A stretch of 64,000 nucleotides of DNA from Psammoneis japonica. Taxonomy: Eukaryota. Shown piece by piece: positions 23,580-34,859 of the stretch; the first letter of the stretch is position 1; the number at the start of each line of letters is the position of its first letter. The notes beneath the pieces were generated by a model. That model saw nothing but the letters and a program-made list of their open reading frames with translations. It was not told where the DNA came from and ran no database searches. The position numbers were made by a program, and so were the translations under genes. Where the stretch lies: the NCBI GenBank assembly GCA_008632985.1, contig QPGO01000235.1, positions 1 through 64,000 on the forward strand. Direction: 5' to 3'.

Positions 23580-24399
23580 CCAGACAGCAGAGTGATGAGA
23601 AGACTGGAGCTGAAACAAACACTGAACTGCTGCCCAACCTGAAGGGGAAAGAGGGCGGGAGGGTGCTTCAGACAGCCAAGTTGCCTTTCCCACATGATTT
23701 CTCATGGGTGGCATGCCTGCACACACACCCCTCATGGAGGAGTCACCAGCCCATCTCCCCTGCCTCCATTCTCCTCCATTCCAGTTTTGCACAGGTGTGG
23801 CAAGTGGGTGAGGGAGCTTCTCTTCTTGACAAGAAACAGTCTGGCTGTTGTGTGCTGTGTGTCAACAGAATCCAGCAATCTGCTTGGCTCCAGTGCTCTC
23901 ACTGTGTGTGCATGGCAGACAACAGAGTGAGCCACATCCACATCACAGCACCCCACAGAGATCTTGATCTTTTCACCAATGACACATTGCTTGACAGCCA
24001 TCCATTTCCAAGAGGAGTTTCTGGTGAGCCAAAAAAACAAGCTCAGAATCTCCAAACACCCACGCAACCCACGCATTGTGTGATGACCAAAACAACCTTG
24101 TGCAGTCTGGCTGATCCTCTCTGGGGATTCTTCATGCAGGAATGATGCCCTCAGCCAGACTTCATGCACAAAACTGTGTTGTCAACAGTGCTGAAATTTT
24201 GTGGGAACACAATGCAATGCATTGTGGAACCCCAACCCAGAGCAAGCAGATGAGAAACTCTCACCTTTCAGACATTTTCCAGTTCAAAATTTTGCACAAT
24301 GACTTGAGGAAACTTTGGTCTGCTCATTGGCTTGCCATTTTTCTTCCTCTGCTTTTCCAGTTAAATTTGTTGCAAAGCACCAACGGTGAGTCTCGACTT

Positions 24400-26600
24400 A
24401 GAATGTTCAACGTTGCTCTTGTTCTCCTCATGCTCAACATTCTGTCTGCAAAGGCAAAATTTTCACCTGGTTGCAAGAAACCAGAAAACAATCCTTCTGA
24501 GATTTCAACATGCCAAGATTTACAGAGTGTCAACACAAGCAGCCTTGACAAACACTGCATCTTGGTCAATGACATTGTGGTGGATCCCGGGCATGGACTG
24601 CCATTGATTGGCTGCACCACTTCTAGATTCTGCAGAGGCTTTGATGGGAATGGTGGGCATTCAACAAAACAAAACATCATGGTCCACAACCTCATGATTG
24701 ACAACCCAACAGGCAGATTTGCCATGACCACTGATGAGGGAGTCCATCTCTGTGATGTTGCAATCTGCAACTCCATTGTGAAAAGCGCTGGAACGGGAAA
24801 CTCTCCATCATGTGCTCTTGTTGCCGAGTCACACTGGAGCACAATCTCTTGCTGTCATGTCCTTGGGGGCAGCATTGCTGGATGCAGCAACCATGGTGTT
24901 GGTCTTGTTGGTGAAATGAATGGTGGTTCCATTCAAGAGTGCAGTGCAGAGGGTGTCTCAGTCATGGGAGGCAACAACCTGTGGACTGGTGGTTTGGTTG
25001 GAAGTGCTGACAGCAGTGCAAGGATTGCCAAATGCTTTGCAAGGGGCAGTGTCGCTGAAGGCCATGATCATGTTGGGGGGCTTGCAGGGCGGGCAAGCAG
25101 GGATTTCTTGCTCTGTCCAAGACAGTCATGCAATGGGTGGCGTCATTGTTGTGGGTTGCCCTGAAAAATGCAGCATGGGTGGTGGTGGACTCACTGGTTG
25201 CTTGTCATGCTGTGCTTCCATTTAGAACTGTTTTTCTGCTGGCAAGCTCTTTGGTGGCAACAAAATGTGTGCAGTCTGCCTGTCTGACAGAGCCAGCAAT
25301 TGGTTTGGCACTCCTCACCTCAACACCAATTGTCAGTGTTGAGGCAGTTGGAAATTCAAGACATTTTGAAGATCAAGGCAATGAGTCATTGTTGAGTTGG
25401 AGAACAGGGGTGCATGGGTCTTTGGCAAAAACAACTGTCCAACCTTGAAGTGCCTGCAAACAGCTCCCGACACATTGACGCCCATGGTCCGCGCAGTTTG
25501 GATTGTCCCAACCAACCCATCCAACCAAACCAAACCATCACCACAGCAGTTGACAGCTGTTTTTGGAAGCCACACAACAACAAGTGCTTTTCAGAGGTGC
25601 ACAAATCATCTGTTGTTGTTTGCACATGCGCACTTGCACACTCAGGCCAGTGTGCAATGCTCTTTTGCAGACCCAAACATTGTCCTCCCTGTGCTTGTGT
25701 GCAGCAGCCTCAACAAAGCCACGACCACAGTGAGAGCTTGTCTGGTCACCGCCATTGATGAAGGCCAAGTTGAAGACTGCACCGCTGTCATTGCAACATC
25801 AACTCTGTGTGGGACCAGGGCAAGCAATCTTTGCAAGATTTCTTCACACAGAGATCTGAAAGACATTGAGAAGAATGGTCCAGATTTGCACCATGCATTG
25901 ATGAAGGACATTGTGGCTGACAATGATGTTGTTTTCCAGCCTGTTGGCTCTCAGAAGACTCTGTTCATTGTTTCATTTGATGGGAGTTGGCACACCATTT
26001 TGGGGTTTGCACATGGAGAAGGGACAAAGTGGCAAACATGATGTGGGGCTCTTGACAACCATTGGTGGGATTTGTGCAAGCCTCAACATTGCGGTCCACA
26101 ATCTCAGTGTCAAATCCACAACCATGGTTGGTGGTCCCAATGGCTCAGGCACACTGGCCGGAGTCATCTGTGGCAATGGAGTTTGCATCAAAAACATTGC
26201 CATTGCCAGCTCAACTGTGAGAGTTCATGCAGTTGGTGCACTTGTGCTGCAGGAGCAGTTGGAAGTGCTTGGAAAGAGACAGAGACATTGTGCTGCTGCT
26301 CAAATGGTGGAAATCTTGCAGGAAGTCAAGGTGGCCTCATTGGACAGGGGTGTTGTGGAGTTGCAATCCAAAAGTCAAGTGCAGATGACGTCACTTTCAG
26401 AGGTTCTGTCACTTGCAGTGGCTTGATTGGCACCCTTTTTTTTAAAAAAGGGCTGCAGTTGAAAACAGCTTTGCAAGCAGTGGAATCATGGGATGCAAGC
26501 ACTCTGGCGGCCTTGTGGGTTGTTCATTGGGCTGCTCCTTGTTCTTGTTCCCTTGGAAACGGATTGTGAGCAGACCAAGGTTCTTGCTCAGAGCACAAGT
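24400..26600 (+). pseudogene. Degenerate secreted GLUG-motif protein gene with two domain copies
   Basis: Signal-peptide-like MFNVALVLLMLNILSA; EISTCQDLQ..HCILVNDI; FDGNG; GGLVG..GSV..DHVGGLAG. Second copy: ISSHRDLKDI..HHALMKDI..FQPVG..SFDGSWHTI. Frameshifted, with His/Cys at positions where Tyr is expected. Confidence 0.65.
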
Positions 26601-29546
26601 GAGTGTGTTGACAATGCTTTTGCATGCCAACAAACATTGATGGTTGATGGTCTCATCTGCTCAGCACTTCCAGCTGGAGCACCGTGCATGTGCGTGTTGC
26701 TGGATGGTGTTTTCTGTCCTTGGTTGGGACAGCAACTGGTGCACCAGTGACAGCTGCAACGAAAATGCGATGTGTTTCTCTCTCACAATCAGAAGACAAT
26801 CAGGTTCTCATTGACTGCACTGTTTTTGTTGTCATCATCTGTGAGATGTCAGCTTGTTCTGACTGTCACATTGGTGTTCATTGCCTTTGTCAGAACCACA
26901 CCAACCAGGAGCATGCTGATCAAACAAGTGTGCAATGTGGTGGTGCCCTGCCCCACAAATGCTGCTCCTGTTGTCCTGGTTGTGTTTTTGTGTTTGATTG
27001 TGGTGTGGGTTTGCCAGTCACAGGAATGGCACTGGACTGCACATGTGTAAAATCCGCCAAGATTTTGAGGACATGGCGAGCAAAGCTGTGGTGGGTGCTT
27101 GGCACTTGGCTGGCTGGCCTTCCTTTTTCTTCAACAAGTGTGTCAACAACTTCCAGGCCTGGTGCAGTGGCACCAGGATTGTGCAAAAAGAGGTCAACCC
27201 TTTGGTGTGGGCAGCTTTGATCAGGCAGCTGTGGCTGCCATGCATGAGTCAAGAGCACACTCAGAAGGCTGCAGCTGAGCAACATGCAGGTGGTGGCAGC
27301 TGGCAAGGATCAGACTGACAAAGCTCTGCAAGCCAGATGGCATTGATGCGCACAAGGATGCGCTCTTGAATTTGTTGTCACAAAAGCACTTGGTGTTCTG
27401 AAAGAGCCATTGAGGTGCAATGCAAGGAACATGGATGATTTGCTGGCAAAATTTGTTGACACTCAGGAAGAGCACATGTGTCAGCTGCCTTTGGCTGGCA
27501 ATGCAATGCATTTTTGACCATCCCAGGAGACAACAGCCAACACAAGTGTGTCGTGCCTTGAAAGAACATCTTGTTGATGCAACAAGATGGGCATGGACGG
27601 AGCTTTTCAACAAAGTGGAAAGCAGCGAGGCACATTTTGGATGTGGTCAAGTCATTGGAATGGTCAGGGCAACTGTGCTGCACAACCAATGTCAAAATCA
27701 TCTGTGAGAATGTGGGGACATTGAGTTGTGCTCAAGAAGTGCACAGAGAAACTTGCCAGTGCATTCTTTGCAATGTTGGCTTTGGGATCTGGATGATTGC
27801 CTGTCATGCTGTTGTCAGCCAGCAGTGCCCTTGTGACTTCAGGGGGGGCCTTCAATGCCGGAGCAAGTTGGAGGCTTCAGGAGGAGGGGTTGACAAATGG
27901 ACAACCAAATGTGCAGCACTTGCCCCTTCTTGGAGTTGCACAAGCCAGTTCAACAACAAACACCTGTGGTGTGATGTTGTGCTGTTTGGACTGACCTGAA
28001 AACTGCTTGTGAGTGCACCCACTTGTTGGTGGCCAGATGTTGTGGTTCAGTGCATGCTCACATGCAACATTCCATGCTGAGCCTCAATCAGCTGCTCATG
28101 CAAAATGTTTGCATGCATGACAACCCTTGCACACAAGGACACTCAGAATTAATTTGCTTTTTAGACAAACAAAGCTTTCATTCCCCTTAAAGTGTCTTGT
28201 GGGTGGTGGTTGCATCATTTGAGTCTTGTGTTCCAATGGACTGGGAAGAACAAAAATCACCCACTGCTGTTCTTGCAGGTGACACATGGGACCCAACAGG
28301 GGTCAACATGCCAGCTCCTCTGTGTCAACTTTGGAGTGTCATTTCCAGTTGCATGATCCACATGATCACAATGCACACAAACCACACTCACAGAACCAAC
28401 CAGCCTGTCACAGAGCATCCAAAAATGATGAGTTGGGGAACCATGGGTGAGCTCCACTTTAACTTCACCTCATCCACCTGCTGACAATTCTGCCCCTTTT
28501 TGCACCTGAGGTTGCTGAAACCTGCCTCCATGACATTTGAGAAGTTGGCAGCCAAACATTGTGCTGCCAAAAAAAAAAAACGTTCAGTGCAGCCACACAC
28601 AGCACAGAGTTCATGTGAAGACTCAACCTGCATCTGGGAGCTGGGAGAGTGAGAGTGGGTCATCTTGACTTGCAATGAAAGCAATTGGATTCGCTCATGT
28701 CAAAAAAGATGAAGTGTTTGCTTGGGAACACATTTGCCAATGTCTTTGCTCAAGGCAAGTTTGTTGAGGTTGTGCCAACAACAGTGAGATTGGATGCTGG
28801 ACAATCTTTGGTTGACACTTTGCAGATGATGTGGGTGTGCCAGAGCATCTGATTGTGGAGCGGAGCTTGCAGGTCCTGACGCTGAGCTTGTGAAGCATGC
28901 CAGAGGTGCATGAGGAGAAGCCTGAACCATTTGATTGCCACAAATGAGTGGCAAACAAAGATTGACACGTTTTTCTAACTTTTTGACTGTGACAATGAGA
29001 GAAACACGTCAGGGATTGATCAAAACACCATCCAATTGTGCCACTGCCCATGGTCACATGTCTCACTTCATTGTCACTGGATGAGAATCAAGAATTGTGA
29101 CGAGTGTTCAGTCTGCTTGTAAGAAGATTTTATGAGCAGCTGATAAAAGAGCTAGAGCAGCTGAAGTACGAGCGAATGTCGAATGAGCGGCAAGGGTGAC
29201 CACAATGCCAAACGCATCCACAGTCTGCGCCATCGGAGAAAACCGCGGCAAACACAGGGTCATGAAAGAAGAGAGAGTCTCGTAGGGCCCTACGTTGCAA
29301 CAGTCAGACGACGAGGTGCAAGAGCGACATGCAGCGTCCACGAACTCTCGCTAAATGTGTCGCAAAGACTTGCTAACAGTAGCTACTAACTTCTACCGTA
29401 AGTCAGGATAAGTGCTTCTGTCACACTCTTTTTCCAGTAACTTCTACACCTCCGACTTAACTTACTTTCCGTCACTAGTTCTTCGCAGAGATAAGAATAT
29501 TCTCGTCGGCGGCGTTGCGTGCCTCTTGGCAGAACTTTGGCCAGCT

Positions 29547-29850
29547 ATGGCTATCGACAATAATTCACAGCTCCAGAAACTGAAGGCAACGAAGCCGTGC
29601 CAGTAACTTCCATTGGGACACAGCAGATTCGCCATCTTTCTCCTCCTTTATCTGCTGAAACTCCCGAATTTTGTCTGCGATTGTTCGTGCCCCTTCGCAG
29701 ACCTCTGGTCAGGTATCGCTATCGACAATTCACAACTCAAGAAACTGAAGCCAACGAAGCCGTGCCAGTAGCTTCCATTGAGGCACAATAGATTGGCCAT
29801 CTTCCTCCTCCTTAACTGCTGAAACTCTAGAATTGTGTCTGCCATTGTAT
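29547..29850. repeat. Diverged tandem duplication (about 167-bp spacing)
   Basis: GCTATCGACAA..GAAACTGAAG..CAACGAAGCCGTGCCAGTA..CTTCCATTG occurs at about 29550 and about 29718. Confidence 0.75.
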
Positions 29851-30750
29851 CTTAACTTGCCGGAATATGAAACAAAAGCCATATAACCATGCGTCCCGAG
29901 AAATTCACGTTCACAGTGGCCTTGTCGGCTCCCATTGATACAACACCTAGCCTGGTTGCGAATCGGCCAAAGCCAGCGAGCATCTTTTGTTCCCGATCCA
30001 TGACAGAAGTTTGTCTTCGTTGCCTACAACCAAAAATTTGCCAGGTCCATGGAGAGTCTTCCAACATTGTAGGCCCAAACTGGAACCGCAAAGATAACGA
30101 TGATTTCGACAAAGATATGATGACCGGCGGTTTGCCAACTTGCCACACTGAAATAAGCAATCTCTGTGAAGTTCGATTTTTCATAAAGCATTCCATACCG
30201 TACAGAATTCCTGCCGCCAAGGCAAATATCAACAGGATTGTCGCAATGATCCAACCGTACTAGTCAGCAATCGATGTTGTTCCTAGCTCCTGTGCGTGGA
30301 TCGCAGACGCATGCTTCTTTTACAAAAAAAGCCGAATCAATGGCCTTCTCAAAAAGGCCTGGCACAAAGAAGGCAATGGATATTGATCCAAGAAATAAAA
30401 GAAGTATGACGAAGATCTGCATTCCTTTATCATGGAGATTCAGCGCTTCGTGCCCAACGCCAAAACCTGCTTGAATAAAAAAAAGCAAGCGAAGTCCCGT
30501 TGATTTTTCTGAAATAACTTGTTAGCAATTCAACCAAACCCGTTTCTGGGGATTTTTCACGCGGGAAGCGAGTTGTCAATAAGCACGAATGGCGTACGTT
30601 TTGTGCCCCAGAAGATGATTTCGGTCACGGCTCAGCTCCCTGATAATGCTTACTCGATAGTACTCTGGGTTCCTTGAGCACAAAGGCGGCAAAGTCGATG
30701 CGGTTTCAATCCTTTGGGAGCTCAATTCTACAAAAGCTAAAAGCACCATA

Positions 30751-32121
30751 TCACAAGTGTTTGATCCACTTTCGTTTTGCCCTTCGTCTTCCAGTTCCCG
30801 GTTTTTCTGTAGGATCCGCACGTACCCATCCCAGGTTGGCAAAGAGTTGTTGAGACGCCTCGTTTCCATCACGGATAAAAGCAAAGCACTCTTCCTGCCT
30901 TCCTACACTGGCTGCAGCCTCTGTAAGCAGTGCCGTGGCGTAGCCACGTCGCCGATAGGCTTCGTCCACATGTAGCATGCCAATTGAGCCATTGTGATAG
31001 CGCATAATAGACGCACACAGCTTGTTATTGACTTGAATTCCAAAGCAGCCGACACCCGCCTCGATTTGTTTTTCAATCATTTTGAGTGACTTTTTGGAAC
31101 GGTGCGGCCAGCGTGAGTCCACGTATTCTGCATCCGATACTGTCAAGGGACGCAGTATGGCCCCGTCATTAAGTACAATGCATTCTTGTGCGTCGTATGG
31201 CTCACTAGTAGTACCAAATATTTCTTTTTCAATTTCGAGTCGACGTTGTCGCTTCTTGCGTGCATTCTCTCCTCGATTTAAAAACCTCGGATCTGCGTGA
31301 GAACTCGACGAGAACCAAAGATGCTTTTCCACCAGTGTTTGGAGTGCCTCGTGTAAATGCCGAGATGCCTCTTGAGCTGTGGCTTTGTTGGGCTCCAGCA
31401 GTTGCAAAGCTCGGGCACAGGCTTCGAGCGTTGACAGACAGTGCCCCTGTGGCTCTCTTCGAATCGCGTCATAAATCGATTTTGAGTCGCACGAGAATTG
31501 TACTTGTTGACAGCAATCCAACAAAGCTGGAGAGTTTCGAACCATGGCTCGAGCCTGAGTCCAAGTTCCATCAAAGAGAATCAGCATGTTGGGCTTATCA
31601 CTTTCTTTGGTAAGCAGAGATAGCCGACCAACGGTACCAATTTCCTCATCATCATTCGACTCTACAGGCCCGTCATCCAAGGACAATGCGTCGGGCCCAG
31701 GAAATAGCAAAAATAGTTGTTGATTATTTTCAATGGCTTGTCGAATAGCATCGACTTGATCCGGTTCAAAGGTATGCCCGACTCGTACGGTTGCATTCTG
31801 TAACACCAGTGACACCAGAGGAACAGTCGAAAAGGTCCTTCTTCGAAATTCGGCTGGATGTTGGAGAATTAAAATTTGAGTGGCGGTTTGTATTTTTTGT
31901 TTTGGTAACGTAGAACATACGCATTGGACCGGAGGCCGACGGCAGCGACTGCACAAGTCTCGAGTAGGAGTGCGTCGCTCGAGAGCACGGCGTTCTCCCT
32001 TGGCAATGCTTGATGCTACCTTTGATCGTAATCTAGCCTCGTAACTGCTACCGGTACTACTCAAGCCACTGACAATGGCTATGCAGAGAGTCGTGAGTGT
32101 CAGGAACGTTAGTATACTCAT
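30751..32121 (-). CDS. DTW-domain tRNA aminocarboxypropyltransferase (TapT/DTWD2-like) fused to a C-terminal GNAT acetyltransferase, with N-terminal targeting peptide
   Basis: CSRCRRPPVQCVC, ILQHPAE, LLFPG, DGTW and LSTLEA mark the DTW domain. IGMLHVDEAYRRRGYA and NEASQQLFANLGW mark the GNAT domain. Hydrophobic leader MSILTFLTLTTLCIAIVSG. Confidence 0.85.
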   Translation of the reverse strand: MSILTFLTLTTLCIAIVSGLSSTGSSYEARLRSKVASSIAKGERRALERRTPTRDLCSRCRRPPVQCVCSTLPKQKIQTATQILILQHPAEFRRRTFSTVPLVSLVLQNATVRVGHTFEPDQVDAIRQAIENNQQLFLLFPGPDALSLDDGPVESNDDEEIGTVGRLSLLTKESDKPNMLILFDGTWTQARAMVRNSPALLDCCQQVQFSCDSKSIYDAIRREPQGHCLSTLEACARALQLLEPNKATAQEASRHLHEALQTLVEKHLWFSSSSHADPRFLNRGENARKKRQRRLEIEKEIFGTTSEPYDAQECIVLNDGAILRPLTVSDAEYVDSRWPHRSKKSLKMIEKQIEAGVGCFGIQVNNKLCASIMRYHNGSIGMLHVDEAYRRRGYATALLTEAAASVGRQEECFAFIRDGNEASQQLFANLGWVRADPTEKPGTGRRRAKRKWIKHL

Positions 32122-32582
32122 GGTTGATGGAGGTTGAGAGCGCTGCGCCGATGGCGATGATCGATGATGTTCAATGTTGCATGATTGTCGCGTGTCACTA
32201 CAGTATGTACCGGTACTGCGTACGGTAGGGCCCTACCATCAGTGTCGGAGGGAGGAGGGAGTTTGGCGAGTTTGCAGATTCACGGATGATGGACGGACAG
32301 GGACTTTCGCGCGTTGTGATTAGATTTGCGCGCGAAAGTCCTGTGCAGTCTTGGGCGTGACGTGGAACTCAGTACATTTTCTACGGAATCCTGACATCCA
32401 CGAATCAGGCGCCATCTCATGCAATGTCTGGATGGATGAGAACCACAACGAAAAGAACGACAAGACACACATAAACATCACGGAAGAGAGCGAACGGGAA
32501 AGAACTCATTTTGTGTATCCAAGAATAGAAACAAGAGCCTAATCAAACACCTCTTACTGTATTGATCAACAGAAGCATCACC

Positions 32583-33709
32583 ATGGCCCCCGATCCCAAC
32601 AATCGATTCATGTCTTGGTGCGCCTTGGCCGTCTTTTCTGCGGTATGTTTTAGTGTTTTGATTTGTGAATATGATCATGTTCTCGTTTCAAATCTGGTGT
32701 CAAGCACAAGTCGTGTCTGGATCTTTTGCAATCCTGTGAAACTCTTGTCTACTCTGAACCGTTCAGTGCTTCCTCATTCTCTTTATTACAGGTTGCGCTG
32801 ACGGCGTTCCAGACAGACAGTGACTCGGATGACAAGAGCACATCGGACAAGTGGGTCCTCTCCGTGACGGCCATTTCCATGTCGTTTGCCTTTTTCGCCA
32901 TTGTCGCGCACTTTGTGGTACGAGACGGCTTTGAAGGCAAGGCGGCCGAGATTGGCTTTGCCGGCTTACTCATAATTTTCTGGGCGGCTGGTTTGCCAGT
33001 CATTATGGATCCCGATAATGGATTGGCGCAAAGCAAAATTGGAGGAACGTTTTTCATTGAGAATACCAATCTCTACTTTTCATCATGGGGTGCCTTTATT
33101 GCCAATCTCTACATTGTAGCCAGTCTCGCCAAGGATCAGGGTGTGGCGGATGTGTCCAAGGCTTCGAAAAAGACCACAATGTGGGTGGCACTCTTTGCCG
33201 CATCGGTCGTTGTCATGGTGGCCAGCTCGAGGTACTACAAGTCCGTTTGTGACGACGGAACCAACACGTGCAAGAGGACCAAGTATGCCATTAGTCTTGG
33301 TGCGATCGGAACAGTGTTTGCCATGGTTATGTCCTTCATGACAATCAAGGACATGTTAAACCTCATGTGCGAGTCTGTCATGTCGGTGTTGCTTCTCGCC
33401 ATGTATTGCTTTGGTGTCGGCTACGTGACATTTGGAGATGGCCCAGGCACGGCCATTGGCAATTTGTACTTTTCAACATGGGGAGGCTTTATTGTGACCA
33501 TGTTCTTGACTGTTGGTTGCATCAGGGAACAATTCTTTTCCGATGATGAGGATGAAGGTGTCGGTACGTAAATGTGCTTTCTGCGTTGTTGCTCAACGTG
33601 TACGTGCGCTTTTCCTTACATCTCCTTGTTATATTGGTTGATTGATGCTTCAGCACCCCCTGAAACCAACCCAGAATCCCAGCAAGTGGAGGAAGTCCCC
33701 AAGGTCTAA
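32583..33709 (+). CDS. Uncharacterised multipass membrane protein, paralogue 2 (3 exons)
   Basis: Exons 32583-32643, 32792-33564 and 33654-33709 with GT-AG introns. Same motifs as paralogue 1. Confidence 0.85.
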
Positions 33710-34039
33710 GGTTATGGAAAGTACTGTACGGTATTGACATGCATTGGTTGATATATTCACAAGTAGCTCTCGAAACCCTGGGCACGATAATGGATTGATC
33801 TTTATCCCAACACCTAACTACATAGAGTATATATTTCACAATTCCGGTTTCTCTTCAACTGCAATGTAGTAGTAAACGAGATCTTAGGCTTTCGATTACA
33901 AAACCCACCACAATAAGTCGGGACCCGCCAATTTTCCTATTGCCCAACCCTTGATAACTGCGAGGGAACTTGGGGAGAGAGCACTCTTTATGACTATTTT
34001 GTTTCTGATGTATATGAAAAATTAACAACATTGACATGC

Positions 34040-34430
34040 ACGAGATCGAATCTCGGTGTCTTTCATGTCTCTCATTTGATTACCTAACAGCAGCGTAAAT
34101 AGTACACAGCTATGGTTCGATAAAGCGGTCTGAGAAGCCGGTTGGTGGTGTCTACTGGGCGCAGACGAAATCACATCATTGGCTACGAAGCAAACTAGAC
34201 AGCTTCCATTGTCTTGTTGTACCTCTGTGTCAATTCCCGTCTCTTGACAATTGTCAATCGCGGCCGTTGATCAAACTGCATAACCTTTTTAAGACTCTGT
34301 ACGGGGGCCAACATCCACAGCAACGACTTCCGGGAACCTACCAAGAAGTCTGACGCAAGTATCAAAGAGCCGGGTTCCGACAAAATGTCCTCGATTGCAA
34401 ACCGGCAGTTTAGGTATCGTGTTTTTGGCA
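34040..34430 (-). pseudogene. 3' fragment of the gene relic also present at 44700-44940
   Basis: IEDILSEP..MQFDQRPRLTIVKRREL matches 44700-44930. It is part of a segmental duplication (about 32400-34430 versus about 42780-44940). Confidence 0.65.
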
Positions 34431-34859
34431 ATGTCAATTGACTCGAACGACTTGTCAATTCAAAAACTGCAAGGTAAGTGAGTGGTTTCCTCTGCTGCTT
34501 TTGTTTCTGGTGCAATGGCTGGTTGAACCCGGTCAACCGGCAGTCTATAATCACAACCTGGAATAACCACAATTGTTTCCTCTTGTTTTGTCAAATGCGG
34601 TTCAAGTATATTTAAGGAAACCCCCTTGTTTTCGCCTGTTTCAAGCTCTGTTTTTCTCATTTATCAAATTTATTCGCTCAAATAACCCTCTCGATAAATC
34701 ACATTCGATGCCGAAAATGCCCAGAAGAGTCGTCAACATGAGCTCACAGCGACGGCTCACTCATCCATAAAAAGAAAACAACGCCAACCATCATCTGATG
34801 TCGGCATGCGCTTTCAGATTTCCCACAGTGCTTGTTCATTTTGTTACCACCAGCACGTT

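Larger units (their letters stand above)
22040..29100. other. Large block depleted in both TpA and CpG
   Basis: TA survives only sporadically, mostly as TTAA/CTAA/TTAG/CTAG, and CG is rare. Normal composition returns abruptly at about 29110. Confidence 0.9.

Noticed and set aside
22040..29100. Novel His/Cys-rich metal-binding proteins, or an alternative genetic code
   Set aside because: The His/Cys excess and Tyr absence occur in all six frames and in non-coding repeats. Neighbouring genes use the standard code with TAA/TAG stops.
29852..30488. Minus-strand membrane-protein gene
   Set aside because: Hydrophobic ORF fragments in different frames with no recognisable motif. Possibly a relic, but unsupported.
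34604..34618. 15-bp match AAGTATATTTAAGGA with about 61577
   Set aside because: An AT-rich 15-mer match is near chance expectation in 64 kb and does not extend.
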